From NCBI RefSeq assembly GCF_006345805.1, contig NC_043022.1:3658001-3722000 (forward strand): 64,000 bases of DNA. The letters run 5' to 3'. The translations under genes and the position numbers were made by a program. Shown one piece after another: positions 1-10,798 of the stretch (the stretch's first letter is position 1; each line of letters begins with the position of its first letter). The notes beneath the pieces are model-generated. The model did not search any database. It saw only the letters and a list, made by a program, of their open reading frames with translations, and had not been told where the DNA came from. The DNA comes from Octopus sinensis (lineage: Eukaryota).

Positions 1-54
1 ACAAGTAGACAATGAAAGATAATAATTAACGAGTTTTCTCTAATTATTACCTAA

Positions 55-449
55 TTAGCAGTATCGCCCGGCGTTGCTCGGGTTTGTAAGGGAAATAACT
101 ATAAAGCATTTTTAGAGATGTAAAGTATAATATCCATCTCAATATGGCTAACCACAAAGGGGGGGGTGTTACTGTAGCTTTTTACGTTCTCAGATTTAAT
201 AATAAATTTTTAGAGAGTTACTTCCCTTATATATGCCAAAAATGCATTAAAAATGGGGAAATTGATGGTAAATTTTTTTTTAAATCGTAGACTCATCGTA
301 GACGCGCGCTAATACCCAGAAGGGCTCGATATGAATCACGACTATAAGATACCCGGTTTTGGTTAAACTGCACCCCAAAATGTGGGAGTAGTTAGGAATC
401 TAAATCGTAGGAGACAGACAGCACACAACCTCACTTTTATATATAAAGA
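55..449 (-). mobile_element. Non-autonomous Helitron, family A
   Basis: 5' TC-TTTATATATAAAA and 3' hairpin CCCGAGCAACGCCGGG followed by CT(A)G. Near-identical copies at 32797-33191 and 55991-56389. Confidence 0.8.
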
Positions 450-470
450 TTTTCCTTGACATTGCTGTAG

Positions 471-548
471 ATATTCTCCAGTTGAAGTCTGCCAAGGGTT
501 TGGCTCTCCAAGACATTCTCACCGAAGTTCATGTTTACGTACATCGAA
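471..548 (+). CDS. RFC5: Replication factor C subunit 5, third-last coding exon
   Basis: The tgtag acceptor (469-470) and gtaaga donor (549) bound 78 nt reading xILQLKSAKGLALQDILTEVHVYVHR(I). This matches the RFC5 C-terminal segment (human KGLALHDILTEIHLFVHRV). Its phase joins the next exon. Confidence 0.92.
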
Positions 549-591
549 GTAAGAATCATCTCATTTTCTTTCATTTTTATTATTATTTAAT

Positions 592-975
592 GTGGAAGTG
601 CAATGGACCAGTGGTTAGGGCAGCGGACTCACGGTCATAGGATCGCGGTTTCTATTCCCAGACCGGGCGTTGTGAGTGTTTATTGAGCGAAAACACCTAA
701 AGCTCCACGAGGCTCTGGCAGGGGATGGTGGTGATCCCTGCTGTACTCTTTCACCACAACTTTCTCTCACTCTTACTTCCTGTATCTGTTGTACCTGTAT
801 TTCAAAGGGCCGGCCTTGTCACTCTCTGTGTCACGCTGAATATCCCCGAGAACTACGTTAAGGGTACACGTGTCTGTGGAGTGCTCAGCCACTTACACGT
901 TAATTTCACGAGCAGGCTGTTCCGTTGATTCGGATCAACCGGAACCCTCGTCGTCGTAACCGACGGAGTGCTTCC
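592..975 (+). mobile_element. tRNA-derived SINE, family A
   Basis: tRNA-like head with A box (TGGxxCAGTGG) and B box. Copies at 8819-9197 (+) and 30821-31205 (-; 11-bp TSD GTTTTTCATTA). Confidence 0.8.
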
Positions 976-1135
976 CCCCAATTATTTTATATTTTCCCCA
1001 TTTTTATCATTGAATATTTTATTTCTTTACATTTAACAAAGCTGACTGCATCTTTAGATATTTGGCTTGCTAGAAATAGCAGCACATCTTCCTCAAATAT
1101 CATCATCATCATTATTATTATTATTATTATTATTA

Positions 1136-1515
1136 CTAGCAGTATAGCCCAGCGTTGCTCGGGCTTGTTTTCTTTTCGACCCTTTAGAATTGGAATTTTT
1201 GAAAAGTAAAAATTTTGCATTATGTAGCTTGTTATTCTCTTTAAGTGAACATTTTTCTGGTTGAAATACACTGAAAAATGGCGACACAGCAGTCAAAAAA
1301 TCGTAAAAATAGGGATTTTCATAGAAAAAAAGCACCTTTTTGATGTAAATAATTTTTGGTGTTAACATGGTCCGATTTGAATTTTTTCTTCTACGGAAGG
1401 AAGAGCAAGCCTTCTTCTATCATACTCTCAATTTTGGTCAAGTTGCGCTGCAGGGTCTCGGAGGAGATAGTGTTAGTTGAAGGCTACCAAACCTGCCATA
1501 CACAGACAACTTCAG

Positions 1516-1530
<15 letters not shown>
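1136..1530 (-). mobile_element. Non-autonomous Helitron, family B
   Basis: Shares the 3' hairpin and CTAG terminus of family A but has a different body. The 5' end merges into (TA)n. A second copy lies at 8021-8420. Confidence 0.75.
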
Positions 1531-1551
<21 letters not shown>

Positions 1552-1583
1552 ATTATAATATATGTTTTTGAATTTCTTTTCAG

Positions 1584-1638
1584 TTGATTTCCCAGTGAAA
1601 ATCCGTATCCATTTGCTTGATAAAATGGCTGAGACTGA
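1584..1638 (+). CDS. RFC5: RFC5 penultimate coding exon
   Basis: Pyrimidine tract plus cag acceptor and gtaagt donor. The 55 nt read (I)DFPVKIRIHLLDKMAET(E); human RFC5 has VDFPSSVRIHLLTKMADIE. Confidence 0.93.
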
Positions 1639-3778
1639 GTAAGTAGATTTACCTTCAATAATTATCAAAGATACAAACAGGGGACTTCGTTAGCTGATTG
1701 TTTCAAGCTTCACGTTTTTATTGGTGCAGGGGTGATTGTGTGGTGAAGACGTTTTCTTTCTGACCTCATGCTTTCCAGTTCTATCTTGCTGCTCTAGCCT
1801 TAGCCAACCAATTCCTTGTGGGTGGATTTGGTAGAGGGAGAGTGTAAGAAGCCTGTCGTATATGTGTGTGTATATATATTTACTGTCAGGTGACTTTTGG
1901 CCAACCCTGTATGTGTGTCTTTGTGTCTCCCCCCACCCCATTAAAAACTGGTGTTGGTATGTTTATGTCAAAGAAAATGGATCGAGTAAATACCAAGCTA
2001 TATTTAAAAAAAAAAAAATGAGTATTGTAATTGATTCATTGGACTGGAAATTCTTCGAAGCAGTGCCCCAGCATGGCCGCAGTCGAATGAGTGAAACAAG
2101 TAAAGGATATGATAAATATTATTAGGGATTGTATTAAGGCAGCGAGCTGGCAGAATCGTTCCGAGTTCAAATTCCACCGAGGTTGACTTTACCTCGATAA
2201 ATTAAGTACCAGTTGTGTACTGGGGGAGTCGATTTAATTGCCTATCCTCCCCCAAATTTCAGGCCTTCTGCCTATAATAGAAAGGATTATCCCCCCACCC
2301 CCGCCTTGGTCATATGGCCCCTGGTTGAGAGCCCCTTCGTATAGTGATTAATTCTTTCGAACTGGTTGGAATCAGCTTTAGGACATCATATTGCAGGGGA
2401 GAGAACTCGGGATAGATTTCTTTACCAAGGGAGATAACTTTGACTGTGAATTGACCCTGACAGTCAAGAGATACCAGTAATACGTTGAGATGTGCTAAGT
2501 CCCTGATGTTGATATGGTAAATCAATTAGCCACTAGTTGACAGGTGTACAAGAGATGATCTGTAGATCTTATGGTCACAGGGGTTTTCAGCTCTAAGTGT
2601 CCCTGTCGTTTCTTTTTTATATCAGGGACCACATTGTCTAATGTATCTTTAAGATGGTCAGGTTTGCTGTCGGAGTTCTAGCTGCATAGAGGCTCGTCCA
2701 TCCATGTGGTGTAAGAGGATGATAAAGAAAATGTGACATTCGAAAGTGTGGTGAAATCATTTAATGTCCATTTCCTCTGCTAGCATCTGTTGATTGGTCT
2801 AACAGGGGCTGGCAAGGCCGGAGAGCTGCACCAGGCTTCAATTGTTTGCTTTGACGTGGTTTCTTCAGTTGGATACCTTATCTAATACCAACCACTTCAC
2901 AGAATGGCTCCAGCATAGGTATATACAAGGAGCTGATGAAAACTTCGAGTGAGTCTGTCACCCTATCACCGAAACATGTCCAGAGTTGCCTCCCCTGCTG
3001 AGTAGAATTATTTTAACGTCTGCTTTCCACGCTGGCATGGGTTGGACGGTTTGACTGAAGACTGGCAAGGTTTCTACAGCTGGATGCCCTTCCTAATGTC
3101 AACCATTCCAAGAGTGGTGGGTGCTTTTTACGTGCCACTGAGGCAGCACTGGCATCGACCATGCTTGAATGATGCTTTTTAATGTATAGCTATACTTGTA
3201 TCTAAGCCTATTATTTACGAAAAAAAAAACACCTAGTTTTTATAATTCTCAAAGTTCAGAGGAAAACTAAAAAAAAAAAAAAATCAAATCTAGATACTCT
3301 TTTTACTCTTTTACTTGTTTCAGTCATTTGACTGCGGCCATGCTGGAGCACCGCCTTTAGTCGAGCAAATCGACCCCGGGACTTTGTAAGCCCAGTACTT
3401 ATTCTATCCGTCTCTTTTGCCGAACCGCTAAGTGACGGGGACGTAAACACACCAGCATCGGTTGTCAAACAATGCTAGGGGGACAAACACAGACACACAG
3501 ACACACACACACATATATATATACATATATACGACAGGCTTCTTTCAGTTTTCGTCTACCAAATCCACTCACAAGGCATTGGTCGGCCCGGGGCTATAGC
3601 AGAAGACACTTGCCCAAGATGCCACGCAGTGGGACTGAACCCGGAACCATGTGGTTGGTTAGCAAGCTACTTACCACACAGCCACTCCTGCGCCTTTTGT
3701 GTATATTGGGTTTGAGAGTAGATGTGGAGAATTGTTGATTTTTGTTTTTACACGATTTTTGTCACCTTTATTTTGTAG

Positions 3779-3881
3779 GTATCGTTTGATGTCAGGAACC
3801 AATGAGAGGATTCAGCTGGGATCTGTAGTTTCTGCTTTCCAAGTGGTCCGAGATACCATAGTAGAAGAAGCTGCTGCCTAG
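3779..3881 (+). CDS. RFC5: RFC5 last coding exon
   Basis: ttttgtag acceptor at 3777-3778. It reads (E)YRLMSGTNERIQLGSVVSAFQVVRDTIVEEAAA*; the human RFC5 end is EYRLSVGTNEKIQLSSLIAAFQVTRDLIVAEA*. Confidence 0.93.
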
Positions 3882-3998
3882 GGTCTGGTGTTCTAATCAC
3901 ACTCCAATCTCTGCGAACTGCACTGATATCAGGGACTTACAAATTGTTATTTTTTCTTTCATTAAATGTCCCAAGATGACCGAGGGCCAAATGTTATG

Positions 3999-4032
3999 AA
4001 TAAAGCAATGTCACCAAGGACAGTGTAATAAA
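3999..4032 (+). terminator. Candidate RFC5 poly(A) signals
   Basis: AATAAA at 3999-4004 and 4027-4032, about 120-150 nt after the stop codon. Confidence 0.55.
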
Positions 4033-4049
4033 GAAGAAGGAACATGAAA

Positions 4050-5323
4050 TAATAATGTTGTAAACATTTTTATTTGAAATCTGTAAAATTAATTACAGAA
4101 AGGGGGGAAAAAACTCCAAAAATGCTTTAAAAAATGGAAACATTTTTATGGCATAAAGAAATTTTATTTTTGTAGTCCTCACCACTGTAAAAGTTATTTT
4201 TGTTTTTAATATAAAATAAATGAATTTTTGTTATAAATTTGTATGTTGTGTTGGTTTTTTTTTTTTAATCCAAATTAAATATTTTGATGAAGGTTTTTTT
4301 TTTTTAAATTGCATGATTTTATGAAAACGAAAAATTTGATTGTGGACTCAAACAAATACATCAATTTGCTGGTAAATTTAAATACAAATTTAAATACGAT
4401 GGTTCCTTAAATTAATCCATGCAAAAATGGTTTTGTTTTTACTTCAAGTACAAGTTTTCTTCTTTGAGTATTCAATTCAGAAAAAAAAAAGGGGGGGGGG
4501 AAGAAAGGTAATACCATTTTTTTTTTTTCTCTTACATTCTTGTAAAATCTCTTAGTGAAAGTTTTCCAAACAAAATTCAGCACAAATGAAGAAGATTAGC
4601 AAAGTTTGGCACATTTCTCTGAAATTCACAAGAATTTTACTTTACAAACGATTTGATTTTTTTTTTTTAAAGTATTTCATTTCTTTCTCGATTTGGCATT
4701 GACCAAAACTGATGAAATCCAAGAACATATTTAATGCGTGATATAAGAAAATGTATGTGTAATAGAAATATTACCATATAAATAGGAAATTTACCATTCC
4801 CATATTTATATCTTTTTTTACATTGGGGGGGGGGGAACAGTTGTGACAAATTTATTTTAAAAAATAGGAAAGAAATGTGGTTTTCTAATTATAGATACTT
4901 TACTTGATGTTGAACTCCAATTAAACTAATCTGTGAATATGAAGTTTTGTTTTTAATTAATAAATATCGTAAAAACATCACAACAGAAAGTTGTATAAAT
5001 TTGAGGACATTGTATTTGGAAATAAACCCAATTGTACGCCTCAGAGAAGAGGAACAGCTGGCCATGACTAAAAGTTGTGGTGTGGGGGGTGGGGAAAAAA
5101 GCCTCCCGATACTGCGGATCTTTCAAAATCAGGGTCGGCAGAGTGCAACATGGAAAGAAGAACATTTCCTCTTGCATTTTTCTTCCCTGGCATTTGTAGT
5201 TTACCAAAAAAAAAAAATTTTTTTTTTTTTTAAGATACGAAGATGCCAAGAACAAGGAAGTGTGTTGACTCTTAAACGATCTTTTCAAGAACAATAACCA
5301 AAACTTTGAAACAGAAAACCCAT
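4050..5323 (-). other. TRAF4: Probable TRAF4 3' UTR (AU-rich) with candidate AATAAA at 4069-4074
   Basis: A TE-free, very AT-rich stretch directly after the stop codon. There is a minus-strand AATAAA at 4069-4074 followed by U-rich sequence. The end point is inferred. Confidence 0.5.
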
Positions 5324-5938
5324 TCATGGCACTATAAATGTTTTGTTGTCTACAGAAATTCCGATGTACAAAGCATCGTCTTTAATGAAATTTCTGGTCT
5401 TTAGAGTCTCCAAAGTAAGGAATTTGGGGTAACCAAATCCGAGTGTTTCAATGTCGGGGTGGGGCTTCTTGAACTGTTTCCTTGTAGGATCAGGTACAAA
5501 ACGTTCCACAATGTTCTTACGTTTGTCAGGGTCAGCAGCTTGATCATACAAGGTAAAGGTCACAGGAAGCCGAAATGGCCATTCGAGTATATTATCATAC
5601 TCTCCTGGTAAGATTTTAAAATACAACGAAAGATATTTGCCATCTGAATTCCCATAACCATTCAGGAAAACCGATGCCGATACTTTATAACCGTTCCTTG
5701 ATGTGTAAAACGGTTGACAAGTGAGTTCTTTAGCTCCTTTGTAGGCAGCTTCTAAATATTTTGTCTTATAGTCACTGATCTTCCAAATGTAGCTTCCATT
5801 GGTGATCTGTGTACTGGCATGAAGAGCGTTCTTCAGTTGACGAATCTCCTGCTGCTGTTGTCGTACCAATTCCCAGACCAGGCTCAAATGCCGTTTCATA
5901 TTTTCTTCCATGTGGCTGTCCAAATGGAACCTTTGGCA
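5324..5938 (-). CDS. TRAF4: TRAF4-like last exon: coiled coil and TRAF-C/MATH domain
   Basis: Minus-strand tttttctag acceptor (5939-5940), phase 0. It reads CQRFHLDSHMEENMKRHL...YIWKISDY...FYTSRNGYK...LSLYFKILPGEYDNILEWPF...GFGYPKF...FIKDDALYIGISVDNKTFIVP*, a typical TRAF MATH domain. Confidence 0.96.
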   Translation of the reverse strand, partial: CQRFHLDSHMEENMKRHLSLVWELVRQQQQEIRQLKNALHASTQITNGSYIWKISDYKTKYLEAAYKGAKELTCQPFYTSRNGYKVSASVFLNGYGNSDGKYLSLYFKILPGEYDNILEWPFRLPVTFTLYDQAADPDKRKNIVERFVPDPTRKQFKKPHPDIETLGFGYPKFLTLETLKTRNFIKDDALYIGISVDNKTFIVP

Positions 5939-5989
5939 CTAGAAAAATGGTAAAGAAATAAAAAAAAATTTGTCATTAATATTCAAGTA

Positions 5990-6400
5990 TGCAACTTCAT
6001 CCAAAATGTTCATCTTGTCAGAATGTCTTTCTTACCACAGACACACCTGATATTGTCAGAAGTGTGTATTATCTATCTCCTGATATATTATCAAAGATGT
6101 GTGTTGTCTTTTATATACACACCTGACTGTCAGAGGTGTTGCCTTGCCTCTTGTATACATACCTGTATAATTCCATCAGAGGTGTGTTGTGTTTCCAATA
6201 TACACACCTGATACTTTGTGAGCTGTGGTATTATCTCTATACTCAGCTGGCACTGCCAGAAGTCTATACACACGTTATATAATGTCAGGTGTTTGGTTGT
6301 CTCTTGTATACACCCACTACTGTCAGGGGTGTGGCAGTCTATACACGGCTGACATTGTACCTGTATATGAACTGGAACTGTGTAAGCAAGCTACTTACCA
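5990..6400. repeat. Old degenerate ~40-50-bp tandem repeat
   Basis: Recurrent TATACACACCTGA...GTCAGAGGTGTG motifs. It resumes at 7461-7510 after the RTE insertion. Confidence 0.55.
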
Positions 6401-6749
6401 CACAGCCACTCCTGCGCGTGTATATATATATATATACACACACACACATATCCAATGGATAAATGTCAGCTAATGAGCTGACATCCATCATCTGTTATTA
6501 TTCATTTAATTATAATAAACAACTTGTCGCACACCCTAGAGTATGCCAACGTATTCAACGTAACGTGTGCTTTGGACCAGCCCCTAGATGCTTAAATACT
6601 CATAGGGTTGGTTTTCTCTGGGAACACAACTGCAATATCCTATTTGATACTAACCAACCGCAGGCTTAATCCAACCCTACCTGGTGCATATCTTTTCAAG
6701 TACCTCATTCTATCTGAATCCTTATTTTACTATATATATATATTTACAG

Positions 6750-6945
6750 TTATTCCAAACATGAACAAAGAGAAAACAACGCGAGGACATGGAACAAGTA
6801 TAGTATTATTGGACGCTCAGGAAGGGAAGAAGGAGGGTTTTACGTTTTGAGTGGAGCTCTTCGTCAGAAACATAGAAAAAGAAAAGGTCCAAGGAAGGGA
6901 AGACAGAGAAAGAAAATCAATGATACACACACGGTCACATATTGA
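6750..6945 (-). mobile_element. Short Penelope-pLTR-like repeat carrying a minimal hammerhead remnant
   Basis: Homologous to 41670-41870. The motif GTTT-CTGACGA-A-GAGC-N3-(A/G)CTC-(A/G)AAA-CGTA-AAAC lies at 6837-6871. Confidence 0.5.
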
Positions 6946-6969
6946 ACTGACATATATATCTGATACTGT

Positions 6970-7460
6970 CTTTCGCCCTGAAGCAGGCAGATCTCCCTAG
7001 CACCATCATGATCATGCGCAAGGCCCAGCTGAGATGGGCGGGCCACGTCTCCCGCATGTCCGACACTCGCATCCCAAAACAGCTCTTCTACGGTGAACTC
7101 GGCCAGGGCAAACGCAAAGTCGGAGGGCAGAAGAAGCGCTTCAAGGTCTCTCTCAAAGACTTCTCCATCGGCACAGAGACCTGGGAGACACTTGCTGCCG
7201 ACCGCTCATCCTGGCGCAGCGCAATCACCACAGGAGCAGGGACAGCCGAGGAGGGACGGATTCGGTCAGCAGAGCAGAAACGCCAGATGCGGAAAGCCAG
7301 AGCCGCCTGCACCAGTAGCACGGCCCCTACCCACTTCTGCCCCACCTGTGGGAGGGGCTTCCTTGCCCGGATTGGCCTCACCAGCCACCTCCAGTCTCAT
7401 AGTGGCAGTTCCACCAGATGATGTCAGTGGTCATCTTCGAACCTGAAGGACGAACATTAT
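6970..7460 (+). mobile_element. 5'-truncated RTE-clade LINE (3' end of RT ORF and tail)
   Basis: Open frame RKAQLRWAGHVSRM...PKQLFYGEL...CPTCGRGFLARIGLTSH, an (ATT)n-like tail, and a 15-bp TSD TATATCTGATACTGT (6955-6969 and 7461-7475). Confidence 0.9.
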
Positions 7461-7579
7461 TATATCTGATACTGTGTGTGTTGTTCTGTATACACACCTG
7501 ACAGACTGTCGATTATGTATATTGTGGTGTATTTATGCATAGAACATTAACAGAATTGAACCATAAGATAAATTCTTAC

Positions 7580-7735
7580 CTTGGTCTTGCAGCCAGCCTC
7601 TTTAAAAGCACAAGTAATTGAAACAGAAGGACAACGTTCTTGAATGTGGACTTCGACCTCTTCTCTGGGGATTTTTGCAGTTTCACACTGATTGGGACAT
7701 TGCACAGGGAATCGGGGACATTTGTATTGATGAGT
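7580..7735 (-). CDS. TRAF4: TRAF4-like exon, TRAF zinc finger
   Basis: ctcag/gtaaga boundaries, 156 nt: THQYKCPRFPVQCPNQCETAKIPREEVEVHIQERCPSVSITCAFKEAGCKTK. Confidence 0.95.
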
Positions 7736-8020
7736 CTGAGAGAGAGAAATAAAAGTCAGTTAAAGATATTTTTAACCCTTTAACATTCAGATTATTCTGC
7801 CAAATGTTTTGCTTATTCACTCGCATGCATTGCGTCCATAGCCTGGAGAACTGGCTACTTTGAACATAAAGCAAGTAGAATATTTAATATATATTAATGA
7901 GGTATATGTCATTAGCCCATTTGATACCAACTCAGCTGAAACCACCTCTGGCTCTGTAGTCACAAATGTCTTGTTTTCAAAAGTTCTGAATTAAAATCTT
8001 CCACCAAACCTTAGTCATAA

Positions 8021-8420
8021 CTAGCAGTATCACCCAGCGTTGCTTGGGTTTATTTTCTTTTCAACCCTTTAGAATTAGAATTTTTGAAAAGTAAAAATTT
8101 TGCATTATGTAGCTTGTTATTCTCTTTAAGTGAACATTTTTCTGGTTGAAATACACTGAAAAATGGTGACACAGCAGTCAAAAAAATCGAAAAAAATAGG
8201 GATTTTCATAGAAAAAAAGCACCTTTTTGATGTGAATAATTTCTGGTGTTAACATGGTCAGATTTGAATTTTTGTCTTCTACGGAATGAAGAGCAAGCCT
8301 TCTTCTATCATACTCTCAATTTTGGTCAACTTGTGCCGCAGGGTCTCAGAGGAGATAGTGTTAGTTGAAGGCTACCAAACCTGCCATACAGACAACTTCA
8401 GCTTTATATATATAGAGAGA
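8021..8420 (-). mobile_element. Non-autonomous Helitron, family B
   Basis: TC...CTAG termini, collinear with 1136-1530. Confidence 0.78.
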
Positions 8421-8592
8421 TTTATGTTCTTAACTCAGAACGTCAAGGCATATGAAATGCCGTTAAGCTTTTCGCCCAGTCTGCTAACGATTTTGCCAGC
8501 TCGCTACCATTATCCTCTTCTCTTCTTATAATTATGTTGAAACAGCATCAAAAAGACCTAAAAAAAGCCTCTTCTACCCTGTATCAATTATA

Positions 8593-8710
8593 CAGTGGAA
8601 CCTCAGTCTACAAATGCCTTTCATCACAAACAAGTTGGTTTACGAACAATTTTTCAAACACAAATTGTTTCCGGTTGACGAACAGCATCTTGAATAACGA
8701 ACAAAAACCA
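8593..8710 (+). mobile_element. Tigger/pogo-like terminal fragment
   Basis: TA|CAGTGGAACCTC start followed by repeated TTTACGAAC-like subterminal motifs. Confidence 0.45.
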
Positions 8711-8818
8711 GCAACAACGGATGGAGACAAACTGGGAACATCCGAGAGGAGAGCATCAAATGCTTCCAGCTTCCAATCAGTGCAGATTGGTTTATAAAAG
8801 CGTTTAATATACTCTGTA

Positions 8819-9197
8819 GTGGAGGCGCAATGGCCCAGTGGTTAGGGCAGCGGACTCGCGGTCGTAGGATCACGGTTTCGATTCCCAGACCGGGCGTTGT
8901 GAGTGTTTATTGAGCGAAAACACCTAAAGCGCCACGAGGCTCCGGCAGGGGATGGTGGTGATCCCTGCTGTACTCTTTCACCACAACTTTCACTCTTACT
9001 TCCTGTTTCTGTTGTACCTGTATTTCAAAGGGCCGGCCTTGTCACTCTCTGTGTCACGCTGAATATCCCCAAGAACTACGTTAAGGGTACACGTGTTTGT
9101 GGAGTGCTCAGCCACTTACACGTTAATTTCACGAGCTGGCTGTTCCGTTGATCGGATCAACCGGAACCCTTGTCGTCGTAACCGACGGAGTGCTTCC
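8819..9197 (+). mobile_element. tRNA-derived SINE, family A
   Basis: Collinear with 592-975, with GGTTTCGATTCC as the B box. Confidence 0.82.
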
Positions 9198-9301
9198 ACA
9201 GTATGTTATGAAATACCACAAGTCATTAATAACCCTGCTTGAATATGTTTGGCCTTCTTTTGAATTTCCAATTGGAAAAATAGTTTGTTTATAACATTTT
9301 T

Positions 9302-10091
9302 TTATTTCTTTACTGCCCACAAGGGGCTATACACAGAGGGGACAAACAAGGACAGACAAACGGATTAAGTTGATTATGTCAACCCCAGTGCGTAACTGGT
9401 ACTTATTTAATCGACCCCGAAAGGATGAAAGGCAAAGTCGACCTTGGTGGAATTTGAACTCAGAACGTAACGGCAGACGAAATACCTATTTCTTTATTAC
9501 CCACAAGGGGCTAAACACAGAGGGGACAAACAAGGACAGACAAACGGATTAAGTTGATTATGTCGACCCCAGTGCGTAACTGGTACTTATTTAATCGACC
9601 CCGAAAGGATGAAAGGCAAAGTCGACCTTGGTGGAATTTGAACTCAGAACGTAACGGCAGACGAAATACCTATTTCTTTATTACCCACAAGGGGCTATAC
9701 ACAGAGGGGACAAACAAGGACAGACAAACGGATTAAGTCGATTATGTCGACCACCAGTGTATCACTGGTACTTATTTAATCGACCCCGAAAGGACGAAAG
9801 GCAAAGTCGACCTTGGTGGAATTTGAACTCAGAACGTAACGGCAGACGAAATACCTATTTCTTTATTACCCACAAGGGGCTAAACACAGAGGGAACAAAC
9901 AAGGACAGACAAACGGATTAAGTCGATTATGACGACCCCAGTGCGTAACTGGTACTTATTTAAATGACCCCGAAAGTATGAAAGGCAAAGTCGACCTCGG
10001 CAGAATTTGAACTCAGAACGTAACGGCAGACGAAATACCGCTGAGCATTTCCTCCGGCGTGCTAACGTTTCTGCCAGCTCACCGCTTCTTT
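9302..10091 (-). mobile_element. SINE family C tetramer (one headed unit plus three ~184-bp headless units)
   Basis: Period 184-185 bp, flanked by an 18-bp TSD TTTGTTTATAACATTTTT (9284-9301 and 10092-10109). Confidence 0.85.
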
Positions 10092-10296
10092 TTTGTTTAT
10101 AACATTTTTGGGGACGAATGACCTTCAGGAAGGAATTAAATTCTTAAACGAGGTTCCACTGTCTTCGGAGCTACATCTCTCTAAGACGTGTTTGCCTTCA
10201 ATGAAGATGGCAGAGTTGTCGTTGCTCTCATTCATCATTATTTCTAGATTTCAGGCAGGGTTGTCATGCAAGGAAGAATTCTTAGGGAGAACTTAC

Positions 10297-10458
10297 CTGT
10301 AAGGTTTCTTCTACAAATTCTCGTTTACAATACTGACACAGGACAGTTCTTTTGTGGCATTCATTCTTCATATGATTTGAGAGGTGTCGTCTGTCAAGGC
10401 GAGCGCCACACTTGTTCTCGCACCACACGGATTCGTATGGACAGTTGCCATTGTGATT
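10297..10458 (-). CDS. TRAF4: TRAF4-like exon, TRAF zinc finger
   Basis: tgtag/gtaagt boundaries, 162 nt: NHNGNCPYESVWCENKCGARLDRRHLSNHMKNECHKRTVLCQYCKREFVEETLQ. Confidence 0.95.
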
Positions 10459-10798
10459 CTACAGAAGCAATAAAAACGGTTTGTCTGAGACTCCAAGAGT
10501 AGCAAAATGGTCTTTCGGTGAGTGTTAGAAAAGTTAGAACGTTTGAAGAAGCCTCTATATGGATGCTTGATTTGTTAGAAATAGAAGCCAAATCTTCCTC
10601 AGATCACACCCTACCATCTTAAATTGGGAAAAGAAACATCTCAAATATTATAATTCTGAGACCAAAGTGATAACCCAGTTGTTAAGATTGAAGGGATGGA
10701 AGAAGTTCAGAGAAATATTGTCTCCATTGGCAACAAAGGGGTTAAGTTTGTCTCTGATTATCTTTCACTTCCCCCCTCTTCCTACTCTCTCCAATTCT

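Noticed and set aside
2930-2990. Hammerhead-like CTGATGA ... GAAACATGTC
   Set aside because: The core words and a palindromic stem III are present, but neither stem I nor stem II pairs in register. At best it is a badly decayed remnant.
3472-3738. Recurrent ORFs such as MLGGQTQTH...RHLPKMPRSGTEPGTMWLVSKLLTTQP and MLAWVGRF...
   Set aside because: They are incidental frames of multi-copy SINEs, with variable frames and stops between copies.
9302-10091. Retrozyme (tandem repeat with hammerhead) interpretation of the SINE C multimer
   Set aside because: There is no CUGANGA core on either strand of the 184-bp unit, and it has a tRNA-type pol III head instead.
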